NCBI GenBank assembly: GCA_963678065.2
Contig: CAXXVZ010000005.1
Coordinates: 832,001 to 896,000 of the forward strand
DNA length: 64,000 bases
Direction: 5' to 3'
Source of the DNA: Treponemataceae bacterium
GTDB lineage: Bacteria > Spirochaetota > Spirochaetia > Treponematales > Rectinemataceae
Shown here: positions 9,390 to 19,908 of the stretch, piece after piece
Numbering within the stretch: position 1 is the stretch's first letter
Layout of the letters: each line of letters starts with the position of its first letter
Notes under the pieces: model-generated
Databases searched by the model: none
What the model was told of the DNA's origin: nothing
The model's input: only the letters and a program-made list of their open reading frames with translations
Program-made: the position numbers and the translations under genes

Positions 9390-9516
9390 GTTCGCCTGCC
9401 TACGACGTTGTGGCGAGCATCGGCGAGCCGCAATGTGCCTGAATGAAACGAGCGAATGCGAGTGAAATGAAGGCCGAAGAAGGAGCCACAGGCGACTGAT
9501 GAGCGTGGGCAGTGCT

Positions 9517-10141
9517 GTTATGTGCTGTGTTTTTGGGGCACACCCTGTGTCTTTTCTTCATTTCTATTATTCTTATTCCTTTACTCCTTACCCTTTTTCT
9601 TTGCAGTTTATTACTTTATTCAGATTCATACATGTTTTATTCCTCTATACCATAGCTAGTTTTATTTTTGGCAGTATCTCTTTTCTTATATCCTAATACC
9701 TGTTTACTTCCCCCCTTACTTTATCTATGTTTTTTTACTATCATTTTTTAACACACTTTTTAATAGATAGTTCCAATTCCAGAATCCACTGTTTTTACTC
9801 ATAAAAAATACAGTACATATTCCCACTACTCAATATTTTCTATACTTCAAAAATCACTTTTTGGGATTCACCTATTTCATGGCACATATCTCATGAGAAA
9901 AATTGCAGCACCTTAGAAAGATGTTTTGAACTTTATGATAATCCATATTCAAAAATCGTATTTTTTATTTATACCATTTTTGTATTGCACATACCAATAA
10001 CACTGAATATAGCACTGATCCACAATTACTACAGGATTGTTCATAAACCCAGTATCAGGAGATCCTATTTTTGAATACTCTGACGTCATTCAGAATCATA
10101 CAGTTCAGTAAGAGATCCGCCCCAAAAACATTGCACATAAC
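9517..10141. other. Long ORF-less cassette (family L)
   Basis: Same ends and colinear homology with 2736-3348. Confidence 0.75.
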
Positions 10142-10294
10142 GTTCGCCTGCCTACGACGTTGTGGCGAGCATCGGCGAGCCACAATGTGCCTGAGCGGAA
10201 TGAGCGAATGCGAGTGGAGTGAAGGCCGAAGAAGGAGCCACAGGCGACTGATGAGCGTGGGCAGTGCTGTTAGGCGATGTTCCAGCGCGATCTT

Positions 10295-10570
10295 CTATTC
10301 AATTTTGATCAATAATTTCTTCCCAAATACTTCTGCTACTTTCTCCAAGGTCGATAACCGAATATCTTCTGCATGATTTTCCATCCGAGATATGACACTT
10401 TTCTTTGTCTGTAATCGTGTTGCCAATTCTTCCTGGGTCATTCCTTCATTTTTCCTGAGTTCTTTAAGCATGATTCCTATCTTAAATTCCTCATATCCTT
10501 TCTCATATCCTATGCCAAATTCCGGATCTTTCTTTTTCCTGTTTTCAATATAGACAGATAAATCACTCAT
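10295..10570 (-). CDS. XRE/HTH antitoxin (HigA-like)
   Basis: [16 protein letters not shown]...VISRMEN; ATGA overlap with the toxin. Confidence 0.85.
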   Translation of the reverse strand: MSDLSVYIENRKKKDPEFGIGYEKGYEEFKIGIMLKELRKNEGMTQEELATRLQTKKSVISRMENHAEDIRLSTLEKVAEVFGKKLLIKIE

Positions 10571-11109
10571 TTTTTTACCCTCGTAAAATACTCTGTACGA
10601 TATTTTTCTGCCCTTTGGATCTCATCTCGTGGTGTTTTCTGAGTCTTTTTACCAAACCCATTAGTCAGAACAACTAGATTTCCAGAATCCATAAAGCACA
10701 ATATCCTATATGCCATCCGACCTACATCGATTCGACATTCCCATAGTTCATCAGTTCCCGATAGTTTCTTGAAATACTGAATCGGAACTCTGTCCATTTC
10801 TTCTACAATCCGTAATACCCAGGTTATCTTTTGTAATTCTTTACCTGATACAGAATCAAAAAACTCTTCTATGGGACATCGTCCTTCCTGATTTCCCGGA
10901 AAATTGTAGCTATGAATAAATATGTCTATATTATAAATAGAAATGATTCACCATCCGAGAGCGTTGCATAGCTGTATTTGTAGCTATACTTCTTGCCCAT
11001 GAAAATATGTAACTTCTATTTGGATATGAAGTTACCAATTCCCTAGTTACAATGCGCCGGGAAATCAAGGTCCTTCGGAAGTCCTATAGAAGATTATTGT
11101 TCTCTTCAT
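10567..11109 (-). pseudogene. RelE/HigB (Gp49-like) toxin interrupted by a MITE
   Basis: MKRTIIFYRTSEG | RCPIEEFFDS...LWECRI...GFGKKTQKTP rejoins in frame when 10887-11075 is removed. Confidence 0.85.
10887..11069. mobile_element. 183-bp non-autonomous element (MITE), IS1634-like ends
   Basis: IRs cctgatttcccgg..attgtagcta / tagttacaat..ccgggaaatcaag; 6-bp duplication gtcctt at 10881-10886 and 11070-11075. Confidence 0.85.
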
Positions 11110-11115
11110 GTATAC

Positions 11116-11144
11116 ATGTTAGCACATATGCTAACTACCGTCAA
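11116..11144 (-). promoter_or_regulatory. TA promoter with operator palindrome
   Basis: TTGACG-17-TAACAT; gttagca-cata-tgctaac at 11118-11135; ATG 6 nt after -10. Confidence 0.6.
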
Positions 11145-11330
11145 GTTTCTTTTCTCCTCTTCGCGCTGGAATTTCGCCTAACGTTTTGTGCCTACGACGT
11201 TTCGGACCGCATCGGCGGGCCGAAATGTGCCTGAGTGAAGTGAGCGCATGCGAGCGGAACGATGGCCGAGGAGCCATGAAATGGCGACGAGCAGGGGCAC
11301 GGTGTTAGGCGATGTGTGTGCGCGACTGTC

Positions 11331-11729
11331 TTACCAAATTACTTTTAGTCCATCTTCTTCATATTTTTTAAAATTTTCATCTTTACTTATTATTCCCATC
11401 TTTCTATGAAGTGCTTGCCATATCAACATTCGATCAAATGGATCTTTATGATCCTCATAATAACTCAATTCATTATATGTACTGGATTCATCTTCATCCA
11501 AAGTAATTATTGAACCCAATTGTTTCGCATATTTTGGTAAATCCTTGATCTCTATTCCTTCCAAGGTATATCGGTGCATTCGAACTTTTATCGCTATTTC
11601 CCAAAATGAAATAGTGCTGATATAGATTCCAGTATCTTTATTTTTAAGTATATCAGATACTCTTTTACTTAACTTATCAGAATCCAATATAGACCAAATA
11701 AATGTATGTGTATCAAGTAAATACATCAT
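11331..11729 (-). CDS. vapC: PIN-domain toxin (VapC-like)
   Basis: YLLDTHTFIW, STISFWEIAIK, HKDPFDRMLIWQA. Confidence 0.9.
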   Translation of the reverse strand: MMYLLDTHTFIWSILDSDKLSKRVSDILKNKDTGIYISTISFWEIAIKVRMHRYTLEGIEIKDLPKYAKQLGSIITLDEDESSTYNELSYYEDHKDPFDRMLIWQALHRKMGIISKDENFKKYEEDGLKVIW

Positions 11730-11732
11730 ATT

Positions 11733-11960
11733 TTATCCCAAAAACTCTTCAACAGTAATTTTCCCATCTCCCATGATGGAAAATGATGCTTTCCCATTGA
11801 GCATACCTATTTTTCGTTGTTTTTTTTCTTCATTCGGTACAAGCATTGCGATAGGTTTTTTTGCTTTCCCATACAGTATCCTAACTTTTTCTCCATGCTT
11901 TACGAGTTCAAGGAGTTCAGAAAAGTGGCTCTTGAATTCTCCAACCGTCATCTCATTCAT
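11733..11960 (-). CDS. Phd/YefM-family antitoxin
   Basis: MNEMTVGEFKSHFSELLELVKHGEKVRI. Confidence 0.85.
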   Translation of the reverse strand: MNEMTVGEFKSHFSELLELVKHGEKVRILYGKAKKPIAMLVPNEEKKQRKIGMLNGKASFSIMGDGKITVEEFLG

Positions 11961-11966
11961 ATCCCA

Positions 11967-11995
11967 AGTATACGTTATTCTTTTCAAGTTGTCAA
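11967..11995 (-). promoter_or_regulatory. Sigma70 promoter, leaderless arrangement
   Basis: TTGACA-17-TATACT, 6 nt before ATG at 11960. Confidence 0.7.
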
Positions 11996-12226
11996 CTATA
12001 TCTCGCGCACACATTTCGCCTAACGTTCGCCTGCCTACGACGTTGTGGCGAGCATCGGCGAGCCACAATGTGCCTGAGCGCAATGAGCGTTAGCGAGTGC
12101 AGCGATGGCCGAAGAAGGAGCCGCAGGCGACTGATGAGCGTGGGCAGTGCTGTTAGCTGATGGTTTGCCCCCCATCCATGTCTTTTCTCTCTTCACCTTA
12201 TTCATTGTTTTTCAATATCTTATACC

Positions 12227-12736
12227 TTATATCTTTATCCAATAATAACAATGTTCATGTTCTATCTTTTCCAATATCCCATTATTCCATTCTATTACTT
12301 TTCTTGATCCTCTGTTGGTTTCATCACAGGTTATCAATACATCATTCACATCACGTTTCTTTATTTCGTTCAATGTCAGTTCCAATAACTTCTTCCCATA
12401 CCCCTTATTTCGTTGTTCTTTCCGAATCCCATATCCTATATGCCCACCATGAGCACGCAATTTATCGGTTAAGTAATGCCTCATTTTTGAGTACCCTAGT
12501 ACTTCTTCATCATCCATAAGCCAATATATTGTTTGTGGCACATATCCTTTTTCAAGCTCAGGAGCTTCATACTGCGCAATAAGTTTTTCGATATATCCCG
12601 GATACTCTTCCCATGAGATCCCATATCCACCATTCATAAATCCATTTTCTTCTTGATCAATCGATTGTAGCATCTGATAAATGTTTCTATTCGTTGTATC
12701 ACGTTCAGAAACCTTCTGAAGATAAATCCTACCCAT
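12227..12736 (-). CDS. GNAT acetyltransferase, copy 1
   Basis: GGHIGYGIRKEQRNKGYGK, LITCDETNRGSRKVIE. Confidence 0.9.
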   Translation of the reverse strand: MGRIYLQKVSERDTTNRNIYQMLQSIDQEENGFMNGGYGISWEEYPGYIEKLIAQYEAPELEKGYVPQTIYWLMDDEEVLGYSKMRHYLTDKLRAHGGHIGYGIRKEQRNKGYGKKLLELTLNEIKKRDVNDVLITCDETNRGSRKVIEWNNGILEKIEHEHCYYWIKI

Positions 12737-13087
12737 AATAATTCCTTAAAAGAACAATACTGTATCACACAATCAAATAGTGCAAAACATATGTAAATTC
12801 ACCATCCAAAGTCTCAAGCCGACACTACATTTGATACAGTTTGAAAATATTGATATCGGCATATCGGATCTCGGGGGGCAAACTTTCAGCTAACGTTTCC
12901 GGCCTGCGACGTTTGCGACCGCATCGGCGGGCGCAAATGTGCCTGAACGGAATGAGCGACTGCGAGTGGAGTGAAGGCCGAAGAAGGAGCCGCAGGCGAC
13001 TGATGAGCGTGGGCCGTGTTGTTAGGTGACGTTTTAGAGGCGAATTTAGAGAAGGCGCGCCGTCGGCCGGAGGTCCGGCGCGCTAAA

Positions 13088-13945
13088 CTATCTTGAAGTA
13101 GCATTAACCATATTCCTAATCTCATCTACAGTATAATTTGGCTTTTTACTATGAATTATTGCATGACAATTTGGGCATAACGGAATTAGATCCTTCACCG
13201 GATCTATACTATGAGCTTTATCAGTCCCTGCAATAGCTACAATATGATGAACATGGATTATTTCAGTAATACTTATTCCATATGCGCTTTTTGAATCAAA
13301 TCCGCAGATTGCACACTTAGCTCCATAGTATTCAAGGCACTTATCTCTTGCAGCTCGATTCCTTCCATAGTCATTAATTTGCCTTATTTCCCTATACCCC
13401 TCAATATATCGAAGTTCGATTTCTCCAATATCATTAGCATTTTTCACATCCTGCCTTTCAGAATATTTACTTTTTGCATAATCTATTAAGCCCTGAAAAT
13501 TGCTTTTCTTGAATATTGCTGAAAAAGGCTTTCCGCCCTTTGTTATCGCAACTTTATCAACAAAGCCTTTGTGATAAGGCCAAAGTGTTTCACTTACTTT
13601 ATCAAACTCAGTGTAATCACCACAGAATGCGCATTGATCAACTTGGACAGTTTTATAATGACTTTCTTCATATTCGGAGCCAATAAAGGGTCCCTTACCA
13701 TATTTTCCAATACAATTTAGCCTTACAAAGTCTTCGCCTACAATATAAACTTCAACCCTTCCAACATTTAAGCGGAATATATTGCTATATAGAGTTACAC
13801 TCCAAACTTGGCCAGCTATTTCTTCAACATAGGCAATTGTCTTGAGCAGTTGAGATAATACAATTCGCTCTTGTTCAGGGCTAGTTATAAATCCAGACAA
13901 TATCAATGCAGCATCTGAAGAATCATTTGGATCAATTTCTTTCAT
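13088..13945 (-). CDS. HNH endonuclease (McrA-like C-terminus)
   Basis: CAICGFD...IHVHHI...DLIPLCPNCHAIIH. Confidence 0.85.
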   Translation of the reverse strand: MKEIDPNDSSDAALILSGFITSPEQERIVLSQLLKTIAYVEEIAGQVWSVTLYSNIFRLNVGRVEVYIVGEDFVRLNCIGKYGKGPFIGSEYEESHYKTVQVDQCAFCGDYTEFDKVSETLWPYHKGFVDKVAITKGGKPFSAIFKKSNFQGLIDYAKSKYSERQDVKNANDIGEIELRYIEGYREIRQINDYGRNRAARDKCLEYYGAKCAICGFDSKSAYGISITEIIHVHHIVAIAGTDKAHSIDPVKDLIPLCPNCHAIIHSKKPNYTVDEIRNMVNATSR

Positions 13946-14227
13946 TTTCTTCCTTCTATTGCGCCCGACGGCCGGAGGCCCGGGCGCTCTTCAATTTTCG
14001 ACAGAGCCTCTAAAATGTCACCTAACGTTCGCCTGCCTACGACGTTGTGGCGAGCATCGGCGAGCCACAATGTGCCTGAGCGGAATGAGCGTATGCGAGT
14101 GCAGCGATGGCCGAAGAAGGAGCCGCAGGCGACTGATGAGCGTGGGCAGTGCTGTTAGACGAAGTTATTCCATTCTTACATCGATATACTTTTTTAATTA
14201 CTAGCGATACTTATCGTTGTAATATTT

Positions 14228-15019
14228 CTATATAGCATCTCTATCTTCAACAATTGCACTTTTTCCCAAAGAAAATATATCCAAATATCCAAGAATTGTA
14301 TAAATTGCGAATCTTCTGCGTTTTTCTATTATTACAAATATTGTCGTACACATTAATGCGATTATTAATAGCATCCACAAATAATTCATATAAGTATATT
14401 TTACTAAAAGTATACTTATCATCATTACTATTATTTGCAGATAATAGACTTCTCTTATTTCATCACGAAGTTGATCCCTTTTAACTTGTTCTTGTGTTAC
14501 AGAACTATAATAATCTGCATACTCAATATACCTTATTTCACTAAGTCCATCAATATGCTTTTCTATTCCTTCAATTTGTTTTTTTAAGGTATTCATTTTA
14601 CCCTTAGATTCTGGTTGCGCCCAACATTTCAGAGAGTAGTACTCATTTATACTTTTGCAATGATTTTTAAAATATCTTTTTGCTAATTCTGGTATTGGAA
14701 CAAATAACAATGCAATTACTTCTTTTTTAAAAAACACCTTACCTATTATTTTTTTAAATAAAATATAGACAAATGAGCCTATTGCAGTTGTTATTGTCTC
14801 TAGTAGGAATAGACCTAATGCACCAATTATTGCAATAAAAAAAATTATAAGAATACTTGGTGTCAAGCTGTTTATTATTTTGAAATCAATTTTTTTAATA
14901 CTTTCAATAAACATATTTATTAAATTACGATCATCAGCTAAAACTACACACAGTATAACAAATATTAATCCCAGAAACAGCCTAAGTAAAAAATTCCAGA
15001 ATCTAATAAATGCTTCCAT
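14228..15019 (-). CDS. Hypothetical membrane protein
   Basis: 263-aa ORF fills cassette; hydrophobic segments at both ends. Confidence 0.7.
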   Translation of the reverse strand: MEAFIRFWNFLLRLFLGLIFVILCVVLADDRNLINMFIESIKKIDFKIINSLTPSILIIFFIAIIGALGLFLLETITTAIGSFVYILFKKIIGKVFFKKEVIALLFVPIPELAKRYFKNHCKSINEYYSLKCWAQPESKGKMNTLKKQIEGIEKHIDGLSEIRYIEYADYYSSVTQEQVKRDQLRDEIREVYYLQIIVMMISILLVKYTYMNYLWMLLIIALMCTTIFVIIEKRRRFAIYTILGYLDIFSLGKSAIVEDRDAI

Positions 15020-15052
15020 GCTTCTTGCCTCTTTTTCTCATGGAATAATTTC

Positions 15053-15187
15053 GTCTAACGTTTTGTGCCTCTGACGTTTCGGACCGCATCGGCGGGCCGA
15101 AATGTGCCTGAGTGAAGTGAGCGAATGCGAGCGAAACGATGGCCGAAGAGCCCTGAAAGGGCGATGAGCAGGGGCACGGTGTTAGGC
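15053..15187 (-). repeat. attC site, variant C
   Basis: gtgcctctg/caggggcac outer stem; tttcggac/ggccgaaa inner stem. Confidence 0.85.
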
Positions 15188-15201
15188 GCTGTTCTGCTAA
15201 T

Positions 15202-15951
15202 TCATGATCCTATTCGGCATACCTTTCTTTTTCTTCTTCTTGAGTATGGCTGTGATTTTAAATAGAATAATGAACAGAATATATTAATTTGATATCTCAT
15301 CTCTAATTCCATTTTTATTTTACTTGTATGAATATTCGATGATCCAGAAAGCATCAATGAAGGTGCTAAATGCAGAGGATCTTTCATTACGTTTGTGCTA
15401 TAAAAAGATTTAGTATGAATTTCATTTATTATACCTATAAAATTAAAAAGCAATTCGGGGAATGGATTGAGATTTTTTGATTCGAAAAAAGTGATTAAGT
15501 TTCTATTTTTTACAGAAGAATAATTCCTTCCACTAATATAGAAATCATTTGTATTGGAAATTGAATTAACATCAATTACCGATACATCAGGTGTAACAAA
15601 AATACTCTGCGATCTAGCTGATTCAATAGCAATATTATGATGTATTTCGAATTCAAATATTTTATTATTTCTAATATATTTTTTACTAACAATAAAATAA
15701 GAGAAATTTTTAGGATTCCCTGCTGGAGATAATTTATACCGAAATACATTATTTACTATATTTTTAGCACATGCAACAAAATTATTATTTCTATAGTATT
15801 GAACCACACTATTATATACAGAGATTTCAAAGTAATCACTTATCCTTTTTGCATGATTATAGCTATTTATATTATATCCAGAAAGGAACCCGTTAATTTC
15901 GTGCATAAATTCATTAATATCTTTAAATGGATTATTCATATTTTTACTCAT
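15202..15951 (-). CDS. Hypothetical protein, possible PD-(D/E)XK nuclease
   Basis: TPDVSVI...FFESKNL; ATGA overlap with upstream gene. Confidence 0.6.
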   Translation of the reverse strand: MSKNMNNPFKDINEFMHEINGFLSGYNINSYNHAKRISDYFEISVYNSVVQYYRNNNFVACAKNIVNNVFRYKLSPAGNPKNFSYFIVSKKYIRNNKIFEFEIHHNIAIESARSQSIFVTPDVSVIDVNSISNTNDFYISGRNYSSVKNRNLITFFESKNLNPFPELLFNFIGIINEIHTKSFYSTNVMKDPLHLAPSLMLSGSSNIHTSKIKMELEMRYQINIFCSLFYLKSQPYSRRRKRKVCRIGS

Positions 15952-16373
15952 GCATAATGATCATATATTTTTATATGATCATTAATCTTCTTTAAGAATG
16001 TCTTTGCATCAGAATAATCAAATAACTCCGATGTTATTCTATATTTTAGTAATAATTTATTAAATTCAAATATTTTGTTTTGTAAACTAAGATATTCTTC
16101 AATTCCATATTTACTATTTCCAATTTCAATGCTCTTTACTTCATGGCTATCTCGTAGCTTGACAGAATATTCACACATTGATTCAAGAATTGAGATATAA
16201 TTTCTATAATATATTGATAATGCAAGAATATAATATATTGATTGACCAAATTCGTGCAAACTACTCTCGTTCTGCTTAAGCAAATAGTCAATTTCCGTTT
16301 TTCTGGATGAATACTCTTTTTTCATTTTATCGGATAAAAAATATGGTAAATCTCTACAAAATGAGTCAATCAT
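15948..16373 (-). CDS. Hypothetical protein
   Basis: 141 aa with GAGGA RBS; first gene of a two-gene cassette. Confidence 0.7.
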   Translation of the reverse strand: MIDSFCRDLPYFLSDKMKKEYSSRKTEIDYLLKQNESSLHEFGQSIYYILALSIYYRNYISILESMCEYSVKLRDSHEVKSIEIGNSKYGIEEYLSLQNKIFEFNKLLLKYRITSELFDYSDAKTFLKKINDHIKIYDHYA

Positions 16374-16550
16374 TTAAGTCCTCTTAGCAGAATTGCGCCT
16401 AACGTTTGCCTGCCTACGACGTTGTGGCGAGCATCGGCGAGCCACAATGTGCCTGAGCGGAACGAGCGCAAGCGAGTGTAGCGATGGCCGAAGAAGGAGC
16501 CGACAGGCGACTGATGAGCGTGGGCAGTGCTGTTAGGTGAAGTACGCCCG

Positions 16551-16862
16551 CTATCTTTTCCCCAATCGTTTTCCTATTGTTCTATAAATCTCTTCTTTAT
16601 CCCTTTTACCTATTCCCCAAATTTCAACTATCTCAATTTTATCTGGAGTTATAAGCTTATAGACTATTCTATGTTTTTTATTATTTACATAAATCTTAAA
16701 AAATCCTGTAAGGTCTATATTGAACTTATGTCCTAATCGTTCTCCCAAAAACGGATTTTGAGATAATTCTTCAAGCTTTTTATCTACCTGGTTCCGCACA
16801 CTCCCATCCAATTCCTTATAATCTTTGGCTGCCTCACGTACAAATTCTACGGGATAGCTCAT
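16551..16862 (-). CDS. RelE/ParE-family toxin
   Basis: YPVEFVREAAKDYKELD, HRIVYKL, IWGIGKRD. Confidence 0.85.
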   Translation of the reverse strand: MSYPVEFVREAAKDYKELDGSVRNQVDKKLEELSQNPFLGERLGHKFNIDLTGFFKIYVNNKKHRIVYKLITPDKIEIVEIWGIGKRDKEEIYRTIGKRLGKR

Positions 16863-17134
16863 AGTTCTTGCCTCAGGCTCTCCCAGCTAACATTCTCTTT
16901 AGTATCATAGGAAGTCATTCTTTTCTTAATCATTTCATCTATTTCAAAGTATTCAAACATCTCTTCAAGATTGACAAGATGCTTATACTCATCAAAGGAG
17001 ACTAATACAGCTTCCATATTGTTGTTCTTGAGAATATAGACCGGTTCTCCCGTTGCAGATAATTCACGAATCTTTTTCGTCAATTCTTTCTGTAATCTAG
17101 TAATAGGTATAACATTATCAGAATCTACTAACAT
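16859..17134 (-). CDS. Phd/YefM-family antitoxin
   Basis: IPITRLQK, EPVYILKNNNMEAVLVSFDEY; GGAGG RBS. Confidence 0.85.
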   Translation of the reverse strand: MLVDSDNVIPITRLQKELTKKIRELSATGEPVYILKNNNMEAVLVSFDEYKHLVNLEEMFEYFEIDEMIKKRMTSYDTKENVSWESLRQEL

Positions 17135-17395
17135 AGATGCCTCCATATAATACATATTATACTATATATTATAACAATTAGTCAAATATGTTGTATTTCT
17201 TATAATCCTGATCTTAGCGGGCGTATTTCACCTAACGTATGCCTGCCTGCGACGTTTTGGCCCGCATCGGCGGGACAAAATGTGCCTGAGTGGAACGAGC
17301 GAATGCGAGTGGAATGAAGGCCGAAGAAGGAGCCAAAGGCGACTGATGAGCGTGGGCAGCGCTGTTATACGCTGTTGGGGAATTATCTTAATTAA

Positions 17396-18790
17396 GAGGC
17401 TTTTTCAAAACTTCGTAATCCGCTTTGTAAAAAAGCGAGTTATTGTAACTGAAGCTTCGTTTTTGCACAGTAAAAATTACATGTGCAGTAAAAAGGGCTC
17501 TCTTTTCAGTGCAAAAGATGGACTACCCCTACAAAATCCGGTTCTGCCGGATTGCCCGGTTACGATTTCTGCAGTTCGGGAAGGATGAAGTACTGCAAAG
17601 CCTTGACGGCCGCCAGAACCACTACCCCGCACATGAGCAGGAATGATACTTTCTCAAATCCCCGTACAAATATCTGACCCGGTATGAGCCAATCCTTCAA
17701 ATGCGAGTTTGCACGTTCAACCGTTGTCCTGATTGTGTACCGCTCCTTCTGTGACGGCGAAAATGGTTCCCGTTCCGTCCCACGACGCGTATTCCGATCA
17801 ATCAGCGGAACACGCCCACGTCCCTGGATATAGGTCGCGATGGGATCCGCATCGTATGCAGCGTCCATGACTGAATACAGATGTCGGACCTTTTTCTCTG
17901 TTATCTTTTCCAGAGGAATCGCTACTTGCGAATCATGAACATTGGCGCCGGTTACGACTGCTGAAATAGGGAATCCTGTGTCGCTGACATCAAGGTGCAA
18001 CTTGTATCCTTTCCATGTTTCCCTATTCCCCTGGCTGTTCTTCTTGCATCCCCATGCACAGTCTTTGGATAGTTCTGACAAGGATTTCCTGACGCTTTGG
18101 CCGACTTGCTTTTCTATCTGTGTCGGCTCCTTCACAGGCCGAACTTCTCCTTTTCGGGGACGACCTCGTTTCCGTTGCGGTGTCACGGAAGAAACAGCTT
18201 CACGTTTGGCAGGTACAGGTTTTTCTCGTGCTCGTATCTCCGTCGCATCCCGATTTATGTGTCCGACGATATGGCCGTCATGACAATCCTTCACCATGGT
18301 ATTCAAAGTCTGAATCAGCGGAGTCTTTTTTGAAAACTCCGCGTAGCGACGCGAAAAGGTCGCAGAGCTTGGAACGGAGGTGAAGCCGCATATCCTCCGC
18401 AGATTCGGATCGTTGATCAGCCTGTTCCTAAGGTCCGTGACTGTCGCTATGTGGAATACCGTTCGGGCGAAAAACGCCCGCATGATCGGTTCGTTCCGAT
18501 GTGGAGGACGGCCAGTCCGTGCACATGGTGATGTAATCCGTGGCTGAGCATCTTCAATGACTCTGAGCAGGGCGATAAAAAAGCGATGCTCGTCGGTGAG
18601 ATATTCTTCGAAACATCGCTGGATATCGTAGGAAATCGGCAAAAGTATTTGCGCTCCGCCCAGTATTTCTGGTATGGTTTTCATCAGCGGGGGCTCCTCC
18701 TGGTGACGTTTGTGTTGCAACATCATCATACAGGTTCTGTCCCCGCTTTTCATTAAAATTCGTTCATCTCATGACTTTTGAAAGAGCCTC
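17396..18790 (-). mobile_element. IS with DDE transposase (IS5/IS1182-like)
   Basis: IRs gaggctttttcaaaa / ttttgaaagagcctc; TAA duplicated at 17393-17395 and 18791-18793. Confidence 0.85.
17560..18684 (-). CDS. DDE transposase
   Basis: INRDATEI, GYKLHL, ANVHDSQ, MDAAYD, RTTVERANSHLK; GGAGGAG RBS before MKTIPE. Confidence 0.9.
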   Translation of the reverse strand: MKTIPEILGGAQILLPISYDIQRCFEEYLTDEHRFFIALLRVIEDAQPRITSPCARTGRPPHRNEPIMRAFFARTVFHIATVTDLRNRLINDPNLRRICGFTSVPSSATFSRRYAEFSKKTPLIQTLNTMVKDCHDGHIVGHINRDATEIRAREKPVPAKREAVSSVTPQRKRGRPRKGEVRPVKEPTQIEKQVGQSVRKSLSELSKDCAWGCKKNSQGNRETWKGYKLHLDVSDTGFPISAVVTGANVHDSQVAIPLEKITEKKVRHLYSVMDAAYDADPIATYIQGRGRVPLIDRNTRRGTEREPFSPSQKERYTIRTTVERANSHLKDWLIPGQIFVRGFEKVSFLLMCGVVVLAAVKALQYFILPELQKS

Positions 18791-19466
18791 TAAGTTTATT
18801 TTTTAATAAAATAATATTCTTCGCAATTGGACCTAGGATAAAAACAAATACTCCTACTTCAAAATACATAGCTAATATTATGTGTCTATATAATTGTTGA
18901 CTTAATAATCCATTTTCCTTACTAAACATTGTAGATATTAGGCTACCACCTGAAACTAGTAACGGGAAGTTTATGCTAATTGGACATAGCAATTTCATTA
19001 AATCCCAAAGCTCTTGATATATTTTCTCATTATTTTGTTTTTCCCCATTTTTAGGGAAAAATTCGTTTCTAATTGATAATCCAATAAATACTATTAGAGA
19101 GAAAAAAAATTCGTAAATAAACCTAATCATGCTGGAAAATAGAAACTGAGAAAAAATGCTTAGTACTATTGAAACGCAAAAACCTTTTTTAAATACAACT
19201 ATTCCATCTATAGCTTTAAGTGATTTTAATATCACCAACATTAATAAAAAAGCTAATATCGTTAGTATGCTGCTACATATATAAACTAATATTATGGAAG
19301 GTTGAGTTATAGATATTTTTAGTATATTCCACCACGTTTGAAGCGAAGTATTTCCTCGTCCTTTATAGACAGAAATATTTAAATATTGACTTAAAAATAA
19401 CCCAAGAGCTATATAAATAGAACCGAGATAGTAAGTATATTCCTTATTCCTAACATCTGTTTTCAC
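18753..19466 (-). CDS. Hypothetical membrane protein (C-terminus extended into the IS)
   Basis: Multiple hydrophobic helices; without the IS the gene ends KNKLN-stop. Confidence 0.65.
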   Translation of the reverse strand: MKTDVRNKEYTYYLGSIYIALGLFLSQYLNISVYKGRGNTSLQTWWNILKISITQPSIILVYICSSILTILAFLLMLVILKSLKAIDGIVVFKKGFCVSIVLSIFSQFLFSSMIRFIYEFFFSLIVFIGLSIRNEFFPKNGEKQNNEKIYQELWDLMKLLCPISINFPLLVSGGSLISTMFSKENGLLSQQLYRHIILAMYFEVGVFVFILGPIAKNIILLKNKLRGSFKSHEMNEF

Positions 19467-19908
19467 TGCTAATTCCCCAATTGCGTATAACGTTCTGCCT
19501 GTTTACGACGATGGCGCGAGCATCGGCGAGCGCCATTGTGCCTGAGCGGAACGAGCAAAGCGAGTGTAGCGATGGCCGAAGAGGGAGCCTGCGACCGATG
19601 AGCGTGAACAGCGCTGTTAGTTGCAGTCGTGACCTTCGAGCGCGCTTGGATGGGGAGACTTGTCTCCTCATCCAATACTCTATCTTGCGCGCGTTCTTCT
19701 CTTCCTCTTCTCTTACCCCTATTTTTTTCTTTCACGATTGCAACTAACGTTCGCCTGCCTACGACGTTGTGGCGAGCATCGGCGAGCCACAATGTGCCTG
19801 AGCGGAATGAGCGCATGCGAGTGCAGCGATGGCCGAAGAAGGAGCCGATAGGCGACTGATGAGCGTGGGCAGTGCTGTTAGCTGATGTACACCCCACTCT
19901 TCCATCTT

